Shown here: positions 1-14,365 of the stretch, one piece after another | How positions within the stretch are numbered: position 1 is the stretch's first letter | Layout: each line of letters begins with the position of its first letter | Assembly: GCA_965649765.1 (NCBI GenBank) | Contig: OZ287755.1 | Coordinates: 27,280,001 to 27,344,000, forward strand | Direction: 5' to 3' | Length of the DNA stretch: 64,000 nucleotides | From: Bispira polyomma | Taxonomy: Eukaryota | The notes under the pieces: model-generated | Told to the model about the DNA's origin: nothing | Database searches by the model: none | Seen by the model: only the letters and a program-made list of their open reading frames with translations | Translations under genes and position numbers: made by a program

Positions 1-1360
1 GTTTAACTCTACATTGGTGAAATGCCAGTGATTGTGAAGCAGGTGCTTCTAACCGCTGCACTATCATGACCCCTCAATTTCAATAGACAACATTGCCTCA
101 AAATAATTGCTGCAGCCATGGACAGCTTTAGTTCCAAACCATGCTAACATCCAAATAAAATTTCTGGCCATTGGTGAGAAGTCAGTGATTGTCAAGCAGA
201 TGCTTTTTACCACAAAAGGCCACCACAGTCCTTGTTACATAGTAGTCCTAAAAAAAAGAAGCTTGTTTGACCTTTGGGAAAATACATCTTATCCATTTGA
301 ATCTGTCGAAGCAAAGTAGCTATACTTTTAAGCATAGTTAAAAAGGAGTTGTTTAATAAGGTGGTGCAGACTTCAATAAACACAAAGATATTAAAATTGA
401 CCCTTTCCCAAGGGAGAACACCCAAAAGGATAAATCTGTGAACCACAAGCTACTGCAAGTATCTGACAAAGTTTCCAACATGAATGCATGAACAGGATTC
501 AAAGCTACATAAGTGAAAGGTCAGTGATGGTGAAGCAGGTGCTTCTAACCGCTACACAATCATGGGCCCTTAATTTCAATAGACAACATTGCCTCAAAAT
601 AATTGCTACAGCCATGGGCACAGCTCTAGTCCAAAACTATGCTAACATTCACGTGGATTGATCCAAATATAATTTCTAGTCGTTGGGGATAAGCCAGTGA
701 TTGTCAAGCAGATGCTTTTTATCACAAAAGGCCACCACAGTCCTTATTACATAGTAGTCCTAAAATAAAGAAGCTTGTTTAACTTGCAAAAAAATCTCAT
801 CCATTTGAATCTGTCCTAGCAAAGTAGCTACACTTTTAAGCATAGTTAAATTTGAATTTGGATATTTAACATCCACTCTAGTAGCTGTTTAGGTTTTATT
901 GGGACGGGTAGTTGGAAACGCTGGAGGAAACGCTGCAAACAGTTGATCAAGGTTCTGCACTGAAACCAGCGGCCCACAGTAAGGAAGTACCACCTTTCCC
1001 ACATAGACATTGATGGGATTCAAACTCACGCCGCCCAGAGGTAAAAGTTAAGCATAGTTAAAAAGAAGTCTTGTAATAAGGTGGTGAAGACTTCAATAAT
1101 CACAAAGATATTAAAATTGACCCTGTCCCAAGGGAGAACACCAAAAATGATAAAGTCGTGAACCATCGACCTGCTGCAAGTATCTGACAAATTTTTCGAC
1201 ATGAAGGCATTAACAGGGTTTAAAGCTACATTGGTGAAAGGCCAGTGATGGTGAAACAAGTGCTTCTAACCGCTACACTCTCATGAGCTCTTAATTTCAA
1301 TAGACAACATTGCCTCAAAATAATGGCTAAAGCCAATTAAAAAGGAGTCGTGTAATAAGT
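1..1360. repeat. Tandem repeat with ~0.5-kb unit (>=3 copies, runs off the window start)
   Basis: Blocks such as ttaagcatagttaaa (327, 836, 1048) and caatagacaacattgcctcaaaataat (81, 577, 1298) recur. Confidence 0.85.
851..1047 (-). mobile_element. 5'-truncated tRNA-derived SINE with 15-bp target-site duplication
   Basis: Reverse complement of the SINE at 59147; flanked by TTAAGCATAGTTAAA at 836-850 and 1048-1062. Confidence 0.85.
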
Positions 1361-4300
1361 CCAATTGGATTTTCTACAGGTATATTTTCAAATTCTACCA
1401 GATTGGACTTTTTACCATGACATATATATATATATATCTATAGAAGATGGGAGTATAGGTAGATTGGGGGAAAGTCGGCAAATATTCTTTATAATTATAT
1501 AATTAATACATATCAGGTATATAAGTAAGTATTCATTATTCTTAAAGTTCATTTATAACTTAATTCAATACCGATGACTGGCAGTACTAATGAATATAAT
1601 ATTTAATTAATAGTGAAGTTTACTACATTTTTACTGAAAAAGATAAATTCTACAATGACTGCCAGTACTGATGTATATTTCATTAATACTGCAGTTTCGT
1701 TGATTTCTACAGAAAATAAAATAAATTCTACCAATGACAATGAGTGATTCTGACCTGAACACTAGCTTTTACAGTAAAATTCTGAATCACTCCAAGAAAT
1801 CTAGACTACACATGTAATAAAATATATTCACCGTTTAATGGGAATTCTCTAAATCATTTTATTGTTTACCTAGTGATCCGGTAATTTCTGTACATTTCCG
1901 GTTGTAGGTCGGACCCCAAAACATGGCCTTCAGAGTGAAAGTTTAGCAAACCATATATAATGGGAATGTGTGAAATATCTGCTATTTAATGACAAAATGA
2001 CCTTCTAGTAATCGAACCCAAGAACCAATCAGTGTTTTAAAGTACTTAAAGGTTTGTCAACTTAGTGTCAAAATCGGTGATTTCGCGATCTCCCATAGTT
2101 TGTTTCTCCTTGTGCTACTGATTACAAAAGTGAAAGAATTTTTAAAATTGGACAATTATTAAGGGAGATATGAGCATTCAAAGTTTTTGTTGCTACACGG
2201 GTCACGGGTGGTACAAATTCTGGACACAATTTGATGTTTTTACTTGAATTTAGGTATGTTGCATAAGATATAATAAAACGAGAGTTTGATAATAAAAAGT
2301 AAAATGTACTGAAATAGGTATACATGAAACACTTGTCACACATATATATCTATGAAAAATCTTTTGAAATATTCTTTAAAATAAGGTTTTAAATTTGTTG
2401 ATAGGCTAAGCCAAGTGGTATAAATACGCGAGTTCGTCGATTTGATTGCGCAGTCGTAGTTATAATCTTCCGGGATGATATATGGCACATAATCACAAGC
2501 ACCTGTATATGGCAAAAGTGCAGTCAACAACTAATTTAACATGGGTACCCGTATTTAAAATTTAATATCATTTCCCAAGGGATTTTGATGCAAAAAATAG
2601 AATAGTAATTGCAATATAATAAGCTTTGTCATCATATTTTTGCAAAATTATTACCTACAGTATTTTTGGAGTTGTTAAATAATAATCGGCATTTTTATTT
2701 TGCAAAAAATGGTGCTTGTATAAAAGTTTATTGGGAATGTATCATTTAACAATAAAGTAAATATATTTACAAAGAAACAATATGCATCATATATCCAAAT
2801 ATGAGGCTATTATTTGCGATAATAACTGAAAATTAACATTTTAACATATTTTGCAAGCTCATATAAGTCCATTTGTTTATGTGCGCCCTTTAAACAACCC
2901 GTGAATGACTGCCAGTACTGTAGTATATTTCATTAATACTGCAGTTTCGTTGATTTTTACATAAAATAAGATAAATTCTACCAATGACTGGAGAGTGCTT
3001 AATGTCTTAGTCAATATCAAATAATTTGTGAATTTCTAAAAGTGTTAGGCAGTGTATTAATTGCTCTTTCAGGAAATATAAGTCTTAAAGGTTTAGCTTA
3101 ATTAATCACATAATATCAGAATATTAAAAATGCATATATTCCCAAACTTAAAATATTTTATGCATATATCACCGCGAATATTTCTTAGGGTTGTAATCAA
3201 CGGTTTTTTCTATTTTTTTAAAACCTGTTTTATCATCATGTATTTGTGTGACTATTTCTTTTCATAAAATTCTGTTTTAGTATCACTAGAAATTAATGTA
3301 ACTCATGAAACCCAAATATATAAAGTGTATCCGGAACAAGGTTTCCATTGTATTCTATAGTATATTCACTGCAGGGTCACTGTATTAAGTCTATTGGGTG
3401 ATCTACAGAAAATCGGCTAGAAGCAGTAATTAGGAACTTAACTAATTTTCACTAATTATATAAAAATAACTCGTATAACTAATGTTATGTGAATTATGTG
3501 CAGAACATGGTGTCCAGTAATGTTTAAATTATAAAAATCAGACAAATATTAAAACTTCTACAGTATATTAACTGCAGGCACTCTGTCACTGGATTAAGTC
3601 TATTAGGCGATCCACGAAAAATTGGCTAGAAGCAGTAAGGACTGATGTAACTCCCATGGGTATATGCAGAATTGAAACATGACTTTTGGCTAATTAGAAT
3701 CAGGCACACAGCCGTGTCATGTTAAAATTTCTACATGGGTGGTGGAAACTTGGGTCAATGCACATAAAAATGGGTACCAGACTACGTGTATCTGAACTTC
3801 AATATTTTAGCTATTTCTGGACTGATTGTGATGCAACAAAAAGCACAATGTTCACAATAACATAAGCTTTCTCAACATATTTTCATGCATTTTTTGCCCT
3901 TAGTAATTCCTTTTAAGTCAAAACAAAGCACATGAAAATGGGTACTGCTTGTGGTCCTAATTCGGCCACCTGTATTAAATCGGCCACCATACAATAAATG
4001 TGTCATAACTTCAAATTAATTGAATTTATTTGCCTAACAATGCTGTAACTTCATCAATTGGCCATGTACAAATAAATGATACTTATAGAACCATCAACTC
4101 AAACCCACAACTCGCACCCAAATAAAATTGTTCATATCCCTATAGATTTATATTTATTATTCTTACTGTAAATATATACACGTAAGTATATTGTTATATT
4201 TATTGCGATTATTGTGTTTCTTGTATGAAACTTCATTGAGAAATGGCTAAAATATTTAAGTTTACAAGTTACATGTGCAGATATACGGTAATATATGTTG

Positions 4301-6159
4301 CCGTTTCTTGCTGAGTCGAAGGTCAAAGATAGGGTGTACACAGGAATGTTTAAAAAACATTTTATGGACGTTGGTACTTCTCGTTGCTTCTTTCTAAGGT
4401 CAATAGGTTCAAAGATAAACTAAAATAAATAAAAGGCCTATTAACATCAAAAACAAATATGTCTATTTAATGTTAATAAAAAAATAAATTTCACACAACA
4501 CACACACAACATTAATATGTATTTCTGTATTATCTGTCAACTTGTCTAGTGTAAGAAAATAAAAATTACCTGTCTACCTTTAAAAACAAGCCGTCGGTGA
4601 CGGCAAGGTATTTTACCAGTGTAAATATCTTTCATTACTTTGCCGACAAAAAATTATTATTTTATCGACGTAAATATTTTGTCATAGTTTACCATATTTT
4701 CGCACTAATTAACAAATAATCATTCCTTGTGGTTTTGTGGGCTGTTTTAGAATATTAAGTAAAGATATGAAGTGACATTGGTCTATTTTTATAAATGTTG
4801 TTTTGTTGAAGTAAAAGTTATTTTTAAAACGACGATTGATTATTTATTATTGGTAAAGACATGAAATGAGCCGAAGATCTGAGTATTGACCAAATCATAT
4901 TTTGCTGACAAAAATTTCGTATTTAAATAAAATATAGTCGGTAAAATAAATAATAGTTTAATTTATCATCTGTTGTCATAATAGTTTCATGGTATTAAAC
5001 AAGTACTCAGTGACAGACAATCTACGTGTGGCCCCATGGGCCACTCTTATCTTGTTAATAAAAAAACCATAATAACGGTTTTAAAAATCTAGGTCACACT
5101 GACATAAGTTTGACCTGTATAGTCATATATTTTATTTTCTAGCATTGCTGACATGCAAAAATGGCCGGTATTTATAAAAACGCTGTATATACACGAAAAA
5201 TCAATCAAAAATCTCTCGCCATATAATAAATGCGTACCACGTGTATCACCCAATATTTTAATTTTAGTAAATTTTACAGTTATAAACAATCTTCGCGAGA
5301 ATTGTTTACATCGAACATTTTGAAAGTCACTCCAAGCCCCACCTAGCGAGTTCTGCAAAACTATAAAGTTCTTGAGAGTATGTTTACAAAATAATTCGAA
5401 ATAACCAGAAAACGGAAATCTCTGCATGTTCCCAGAAGTCTGCTGTCTCCCCACATTCTAGCCCTTACCTGTGGCAAGATCGTTCAAAATTATTATTGAC
5501 TACATATAGCCGGCAACAAAGGAACCTACATTTAGCATACATATTTAAAAGCCCCGATTTCTGTATATTATTACAATATAAATGGCTAAGAAATCAAAAA
5601 AAAGGTTTTAGGTTATAGGGTGAACAGATAAAATTTGGGGGTAACTTATTGGTTGACAGGTAAACAAATAATATTTTAAATTTTACTTTTAGCTTGGCAG
5701 GTTGACCAATAATTGTTTTGCAAGTTATAGGTAGACAGGTCTACAGATAGAGAGATTTATTTTTTTATAATTTACAGATTGACAGGACGACAGAAAATAT
5801 TTTGTTTATTTTATTTCTAACTAAACAGGTGAGGAGATAGATGAATAAATTTTTTTGTAGCCTTTAGGTTTATTAGATTGACAGATCGACAGATAATATA
5901 TTTTTATTTTACTTTTAAGTTGATAGTTCGACAGATAGACAGATGATTTTTTTAAGTTATAGGTAGACAGGTTGACAGGAATAAGTCTGTAATTATGTCA
6001 GCTGACATAATTACTGTTAGCAAACAAATATGTGACCGATTCATCGGTCACTGATTGCTTGTTTAATGAATTACCTGGTTTCTGTAGCGTTTTTGCCCTT
6101 GAATTGACATTTTAATATATACTAAGGTAGTATATTACTAATATTACTAATCCACACTT

Positions 6160-6860
6160 TTTAGGCATTCTCTCCAAATAACCCCCTAGGGGGGGCTACA
6201 TATGTAATCCCCGGAGGTTATTTAATTTTTAGATTTTGATTTTGTGATAACGCCCGGGGGTCATTTATTAATACATTTAAAAATAAAATAAATAAAAAAT
6301 CTGAAATAAACAACAAAAAAATATATTCTACAAAAAAAAATATTCTACAACCAAAAAAAAACAACAAATAATCTAAAATAACCAACCACAAAAAAATGAA
6401 AACAATAAATATGCTTATTCGTAAATGTGAAAATTTATGCTTAAAAATACCCCCAAAACATCCTAGCCCCATTTTTTATTATAAGCCCCTCAAAGAAACC
6501 CTTTTTTGCCCCAAAAGAACCCTTTTAATGGCATTCAATCATTATTGTTGTAAATAAATTTTAAATATTACATAAGTATATATGGGGTGGAAGAAGTAAA
6601 AATATAAACTTGTTTTATCCCAAGGGGTTATTTACGGATAAGACAATAATCCTGTTATATCCCCCGGGGGTTATTTGTTTCTCAACTTTAAAATGTTAAC
6701 GTTCACCATTTACAAAGAAGTGTCTTCAGTCCCAAAGGGGTGTTTCTGAACTTTAAAATCTTAATGTTCAACATTTATGAAGAAGCATCTTCCGTTGCTG
6801 CGGGGGTTATATCGAGAGAATTCCCACCCTTTTGCGGGTATTACCGGCAGTAGTTCTATC
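6160..6860 (+). mobile_element. Non-autonomous Helentron-like (HINE) element
   Basis: Starts in a T run; subterminal inverted repeats gcattctctccaaataacccc / ggggttatatcgagagaattc followed by a 3' hairpin tgcgggt-att-accggca. Confidence 0.55.
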
Positions 6861-7324
6861 TGTAAGTTTTCCCTATATGGGTTTTTTGTACTGGCAGCTC
6901 AAGTGTGTTACTTGGCTGCATAGTTAACCTTGGTTTGTGCTGCCTCCATTCTTTGTATTTTTAGTTTTTGTATAAGTTGCTCAAGCGTGTTACTTGGCTG
7001 GATTGTCAATTTTGTTGGTAGCTCAAGTGTGTTACTTGACTGCATTTTAAATGTTTTGATAAATCATCAATTAATAAATAATCCTAGTTTGTTTTGCTTT
7101 CATTGTCTGTATTTTTTGGCAGTTCAGTTTTTTGTCTAAGTAGCTCATGCGTGCTACTTGGCTGGATTGTGAATTTTGTTAAGTTACATTATTACATCAG
7201 TGTGGTGTCTATCTATTTGCACACTTTCTTTACTTTTTCTTATTGTTCTGTAGTCACTTCATTTAAAATGTTTTTGTTCAAATTCCTAGTATTCTTCTCC
7301 TATTAATAACAAAACTGGTAAACA

Positions 7325-8420
7325 ATTCCTTAGCTCAGGGTGTTTTCCAATTAAGTTGATAAGGGCTGTTGTCACTCCTCTTATAAAGAAGGCTTCCCTA
7401 CCAAAAAACGACTTACAAAATTATCGACCTGTATCTGGACTATGCTATATCTCAAAATTGATAGAAAGGGTTGCAGCCCAACCGATCAACAGTCATCTTT
7501 AAAAATTCAGCCTAGAGAACACCTACCAATCAGCATAAAAAAATACCATTCAACTGAAACACCTCTGCTTAATATCAAAAGCATTCATATGCCTTTATCA
7601 AGGGGGGTTCCTGCTGCATTAGTACTGTTAGATTTATTAGCTGCTTTCAACACTATTGATCACGATGTCCTCATTAAAAGACTAAAAACCTGGTTTGGTC
7701 TGAAAGGCTCTGTCTAGCAATGGCTTGTTTCCTATTTATCAGACAGGTACCAGTCTTTTAAAATTGGCGATATTCTGTCTGATTTACCACTCCTATTTTC
7801 ACTATATACTACACCCCTTAGCAAAATTATTTCCTTCTATTCTTCTCTGAAGTATCACTTCTATGCAAATGATACACAACTCCACGTGCACCTTACTCCA
7901 AAAACATCAATTGGTGCCCTAGAAGTCCTTCAGAAATGCTTAGCAGATGTTTAAAATTGGATGGCGCTAAATAAGCCCAAGCTGAATTCTGATAAAACTG
8001 AATTCATATTGTTTGGCTTGGGCACTCAAAGTACTGAACTGTCAAATTCTTTTTCAAACATTCTTGGGACACTGTTATCCCCAACTGATAAAGTGAGGAA
8101 CCTGAGAGTTATTATTTATAGTGATTTTTCTTTTTCCAGTCATATCCAATCAGTGTGTAAGTCTAGAGATCTTAGGAGAATCAGGAGGTACCTTCCAAAA
8201 TCAGTTGCTATTACTGCAGCAAATGCTCTGGTTAGTAGCAGACTGGACTACTGCAAATCACTGTGTCGTAGTTTGACCAAAAATGACCTAAACAAATTGC
8301 AATGCATCCAGAATTCATTGGCACGTCTGGGCAGTTGTTTTGCTCGGCTTTTGCATGCTTAATTGATTCTGAATCACTCCACTGAATCTCTGTTAGGTAT
8401 CGATGTGTTTTTAGTAGATT
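7325..8420 (+). mobile_element. Decayed CR1/L2-group LINE RT fragment
   Basis: NYRPVS, HSTET, LLDLLAAFNTIDH, LNxDKTEFI, VSSRLDYC motifs with stops and frameshifts. Confidence 0.9.
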
Positions 8421-9049
8421 GGCCAATCAAGGCCAATCTACTTTTAATATTATGGAGATGATATTGCCTGGATACTGGAATAGGACAAGCAAATATCAGA
8501 GACTGTTGGGATTTGAGGGATAAAATTTTACCTATACATAGGATATGTGTTGAAGATGGTACAACTTTTTTTTTTGTTAGGTTATCTCTGTTAGTTTAGG
8601 AGTTATAGCTCTTTTTCTTCCATTCAGGGGGGTGGGGGGGTGGTTGCTAGGTATCTATATCCTTGTATTGTATAGAACATGTGTGTGTGTGTGTTGAAGA
8701 AATAATTTAAGTATCTTTGATGTTGGAGGGCTATTTATGGGTGTTACCTGTCCTTGTAGTATATAGAAGATGTGTATGTGTTGTGGTGGGACCAATTAAA
8801 GGTTCGTTGAAGTAGAGAGGGTCCAGTTAGTACAAACCAGTTGCTGTTAATAGTAGAGAGGGTTCAATAAGTACAATATGATGGTATCTCCTAATGTAGC
8901 ATTCTGTTTTGAACTATTTGAAGTGTTACAATGTATGGATATATATAGGGGTGGGGGGGGGGGATATATATATATATTTTTCTTTTTTTATATATTGCCC
9001 CCCTGTTTGGTGTTTTTTGCCCTGTCCTTGTAGGATATGGAAGATGTGT

Positions 9050-10960
9050 GTGTGGGTATATGCAGTCATTTGCAACTTTCCCAATAATTCTAAAAAAATT
9101 CAAAAATTTTTTAAAAATTCAGAAATTTTAAAAAATCACAAAAATTCATAAAATTTCATAAATTTTTTTCTTTTTAAACATTTTTGTCAAATTTATTACA
9201 TTTTTTTTTTTTTTTGCAATATTTTTTTAATATCTCGTAAACGGTGCGAGATAGAGCAATTTCGGCTGTATTTTGGGTCCAGAGGGGATATGCAGTCATT
9301 CGCAAATTTTCCCCGAAATTTTTTTCGCAATATTTTGCTTTCTCGCCATTTTTTGGCATTTATCTCTGAAACCGTGCCAGATAGAGCAATTTGGGCCTAA
9401 TTTTGGGTCCAGAGGGTACATGCAGAAAATCGCTCTCCCATCAAAATACATTTAATGTCACACAATGTCTCATTGAGATGCTTTGTTTTTGCTGTGCAAA
9501 AAACAATTTCCTTTCATTTGCAAAGCAGTGCTCTAGTTAATTATTGCATTTTGACACTTTGAATGTATTATAAGCATATAGAACATATAAAACCAGGGTC
9601 AGAGAAGCTAATGCACTGGTCAGATATGACCTATGACCTTGTAATTCAAGGTAGTTTGTGTCTTATCTTAAATTGGTTACTTACAATGCCACCAAACTTT
9701 GTGGTATACTTTTTTAATGATGGTTTAAAACGAACAGATCTGTCAAGGTCCCTTTTCTTGCCCAAAAAGGGCCAATTTTTATGTTTTTGCTGTATATCTT
9801 ATTAACAAGAGTTTTGAGTCTTGGAATGTAATCGTTGTATTGTGAGCCTATACAAAACCAGAGATTTGACCTACGACCTTAGGAATAAGGTCAACTTGAT
9901 GTCATGAAGGTCATCGATCCGAAGGAAACTGACGATATGCCCATTCATGCCTGTTCAGGCATTCACATCTTGTTCGTTTGCTTGAACAATTTTCAATTTC
10001 TGGCCGCTACAGTGGTCACTACATTCATGTTTAAATGGTGGTTCCACTATGCTGATTTGGTCCCCAACCTTGCTAATTTTAAGGGGCGAAAACGAGGTTA
10101 AAATTATATTAAAATGTATTTACACACCATTATTATTATCATAATATATGCGGGAAGCTTGTTTGTATACAGAAAAAAACCACTGGGAGGATTCTCTTCA
10201 AATTTGGCACATGTATGCAGTAGCCATGGATAAAATTTTCAATATGGTGTCATCACATTTAGACCAATCAGAGAAGTCACATAACCAAACACAGGTTTTT
10301 TAAAGGGGTGCTTGTCCAGATGCTAACTTAAAAAACGCTTTACCTATTCTCATGAAATTGGGCAAGTAGGTTTCTTATATAAATGTCTGGACAACATTAA
10401 CTTTTGGAAGTGATTTGATACAAAATGGCCGACTTATTGATGATTGATAAAACATTAAGGTTTTTCTAAACGATGAAAATTAAAAACCCTTAATATCTCA
10501 GAAATGGTGCGAGATAGAGTGATTTCAGCTGAATTTTGCGCCTAGAGGGTCAATGCAGTCAACTTTTCCAAAAATTAATAAAATTTCTGATTTTTTTTTA
10601 CAATATTTTTAAAAAATTGCTCTCGCCATTTTTGGTGGCCAACTTAAATTTCTGCCTTAAACGCAAAAACGTGTTTATCTCGGAAACGGTGCCAGATAGA
10701 GCGATTTCGGCCGAATTTTTTGGGAGTGTATATGCAGAGTAATCCGCACATTTTTTATAATAAAATCGCGCTCCTGCCATTTTTGGCAGCCATCTAATAT
10801 GTTTTCATCACACATTGTCTCATTGGGACACTTTGTGGTCGGTAAAATAAATAATACTTGAATTTGTCGTTTGATGTCATAATAGCTTCATCATATTAAA
10901 CAAGTGCTTAGTGACTGATAATCTACATGTGGCCCCATGGGCCACTCTTTTCTTGTTAAA
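9050..10960 (+). mobile_element. Helitron/Helentron-like non-autonomous repeat(s)
   Basis: Repeated motif atatctc..aaacggtgcgagatagagc.atttc (9230, 9360, 10495, 10675, also 19580); 3' hairpin gtggccccatgggccac + tcttgtt (10930; also 5028 and 19873). Boundaries approximate. Confidence 0.5.
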
Positions 10961-12492
10961 ACTGCTACAATAGTACTCTTTTCTTGTTGAAACTGCTACA
11001 ATAGTTTTTCGATTCGGGTTTGCCTAAATACTTCGAACCACACTTGTGCTACTACAAGTGTAATGTCAAAACTAGGTAAGCTGCTCCCAAAAATAGATTT
11101 CTTCTTGTTCCAAAATATAAGTCCAAAGTGCACAGGTCTAGGTTCACCTCAGAATAGTTTTACATTAGGACAGCTCCGTCCCTGTATTCCTTCCGGCACA
11201 GTTTAAAGACCAATCTGGTAAGGGGGTGAACCTAGCTGGAAAAGTAACCAATAGCCATGATCTTTGAGGAAACTGACATATGCCTTGCACAGTGTGGTGG
11301 GTATGACCAGTAGAGCATAAATAAGGATGCCTCAAATTGCGCTAGATCAACCTGTGAGGTAACCCGTTAAAACATGTGTCAAAATTTTAAGACAGGTCCC
11401 GGGTATCACAAATGGCTATAGCCAGACATTTTGAGTGGTGGGATGTGTCTGTCAGACGTATATGACCAATCCTCAAATGTTGGGCCAGATCAACTCGGTA
11501 CTAACACGATAAAATCAATTACAAAATCTTCAGCACAGCCCTAGGTATTACAAATGACTATAGCCAGACATTTTCACTGGTGGAATGTGCCCACCAGACA
11601 AACCTGAATGACCCATCCCCAGATTTGCGCTAGATCAGCTCATGTAGTAACCAGATAAAATCAACTGGATATTTGTGTTTTATTTTGTTGCACTATATAT
11701 TAAGGACGTAAGCAAGCGCATAGTACCTAAGCAAAATAATATATAGCTTACAAAAATGTATCAATTTTAATATGCCAATCTGTGCATATTGCTCTTAATT
11801 AATTTTACTAACAATATTTCTATTTTCTACTAATAAAAATCGCCGTTTAAAATATAAAACCAAATGTAAAATACAGATCCTCAAATTCACGTGCCCCTTA
11901 TTATCACATACATTGAATATATATATATGTTATTGTAGTAATATTCATTTTGGTACAAATTTTATTGCATATTATGCATGATATATTATCATCAATGTGT
12001 GAACTGTATAAGAGAGTAATATTACACAACATGCTTGTGTCACATTCATAGGAAGCAGCATCATCACACTGGTATGTGGTATATTTACTGGTTTCTTCCA
12101 TTTGAAGAAGGCCTCTCTAAAGAGAATGAGCATTAATTTACAGATCAGATCATAGTTTTAGGTATCACAAGTGGCCTTAGTCAGACATTAGGATTGGTGG
12201 GATATGCCTGTCAAACAGATCTAATTGACTGATCTCCACATTTTTAGTACTTATAGCATGCGACTATCAAGACAGCTAGCCCTTTGGCTCTTATGTGACA
12301 GTCACACTGTATGTGAAAATGTTCATTTGCATGTATTTGCATCCCCGTTTATGCCCCGTTTATAAATTTTATCCCCGTAGACCCCTGTTTAGCGACATTT
12401 ATGCCCAGGATATGCCAAATCTTGACCAGATCTCACAAGTTTGTGACAAATTTATGCACAGACCTGACCAGATCTAAGCAGTCCATCACAAG

Positions 12493-12600
12493 TTCTTACT
12501 ATGTTGTAATTACGACTTACTATGTTGTAATTACGACTTACTATGTTGTAATTGCGACTTACTATGTTATAATTATGACTTACTATGTTGTAATTATGAC
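12493..12600. repeat. 21-bp minisatellite x5 (acttactatgttgtaattacg)
   Basis: Direct inspection. Confidence 0.9.
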
Positions 12601-12699
12601 AAAACCTCACTGTAAACCTCTCTATTTTATATGAATCTCTTTTGACATATTTGGCCTTGTATTCGATAACTGTTTTTTTCTTTTAAATTGTTATACACT

Positions 12700-14365
12700 T
12701 ATAGCAGACCCCATCCTGTTTGCATTCCAGCATAAAAAATGATAAGTGTGTACTGAGCTGCTATATTTGTGGCAAATACTCGAAAACGGAGTGCAAACTA
12801 AGAACCTTCACTAACAGTACCTGGGCAACAGTCAAGAATGTTGCTTCCTTGCGTAAAATTTTGAACATAGATAAGTATGCTGAGGTCACAAAAAAACTTT
12901 GGTCAACATTGGTGTTTAGTCATCTATCAGATACCATCCAACTTGCCATAATAATTACACCGCAGAAAACATCCAAAAATATCACAGCCATGTGATGATG
13001 AACCTAAGACCAAGAAGACTTGCATCAAGACAAGACGCTAGAGTCAGATGAGCAGGGCCTGTTGAAAGGAACTTGTATTTTCTGTGGTAAAAGTTGTAAG
13101 AAGAGAAATGGAAAAGAGGAACCCACATTAAAAGTGGCAACAATTGCTAGTTCAAAATCTCTTTCTCAGCTTATGAAATCGTCAAACAATGAACCTATCA
13201 AAAGTCTCATTCAAAGTGGTGTTGACTTGATTGTAAAATAAGCAGAATACCATAAGTCCTGTCGTTTACAGATCTTGAAGGAAACTGGCCTACAGAACCT
13301 ATACCTCAGTCCTACCACAATAAGGCATTTGCATCACTCCTCTCCTATATTCAGAATGATATTATATAGAAACAGAGATCTGTCTTACTCAGTTATTTAT
13401 TTGACATGTACAAAGAAATCTACATCAGTGTTGGAAGACATCAACGTTTACAGTACTCAACATCTAATTACAAAGGTAAAGAACTATTTTAGAGAAGAGG
13501 TACCAATAAAAATAGCAGACCAACGGAAGGAAAACTTAATCTATACTTCTGGTCTTTCAAAGCAAGATGATAAGGCTCGTCTTCATGAAGATGCATAAAC
13601 ATACAGAGTGGATCACCAGTTATTATGGGCTGCTCTACATCTCAGAACATTAATAATGCAACTTCCCAAAACCAAGACACCAAATCCTGCAACAGTACAC
13701 AACTTAAAGGAATGTGCCCCAAAGATGCCACCCAACTGACCATGTTTTTCAGAGTTTCACTGGGTGGCATTACATCAACTTCAGGTGATGCAGCCAACAT
13801 AAAGGTAATTGCAATGGCATCAAATGCAATTTATAATGTCACACACGGTATAGTGAAACCATGGGTCCTGGGGTTGTGTCCCTTAAAGGATCAAAACTAG
13901 CTTTACAGATACTAAATAGAGTAGAAATAATAGATAGGAAAGAAATCTTACATTTAACAGTTGGACATACGTACCAAAATGTATTATAAGATACACGGCA
14001 AATCCATCCAAATCCAATGCAGTATCGGGACGGAAGAAAACGATTGTTTGTCGTAAAAGAAAATATTAATACTGCAATTGTTGCTTGTCAACCAACATTT
14101 CAACCAGATTACCAAGTAACACTCCAAATACTTGATATTTATTGGTTTTGGAAACTGATAGAAGGCAACATACCACCACATATGCTGGATTTATGAGCCA
14201 GTACATTGAACTATTTGCTATATGGATTCAATATCCAAATTGCCAACCAGACAATGATACAAACCATAAATGTTGGAGAAGAAACAGGCTAAGTTTATGC
14301 AGTGGTCATCTATGATTTGGCAATTGCACTGAAAGCATTTTCAATACAAGCAATAGAAGCTAAAT
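12700..14365 (+). pseudogene. Decayed transposase-like ORF, Academ-like
   Basis: Fragments CYIC..YHPTC, CIFCGK...DLIVK*AEYHKSC, ETG*VYAVVIYDLAIALKAFSIQAIE; family assignment is from recalled motif similarity only. Confidence 0.45.

Noticed and set aside
2046-2893. Kolobok/piggyBac-like element bounded by TTAA-AGG ... CCT-TTAA
   Set aside because: Terminal match is only about 3 bp beyond TTAA; insufficient TIR support.
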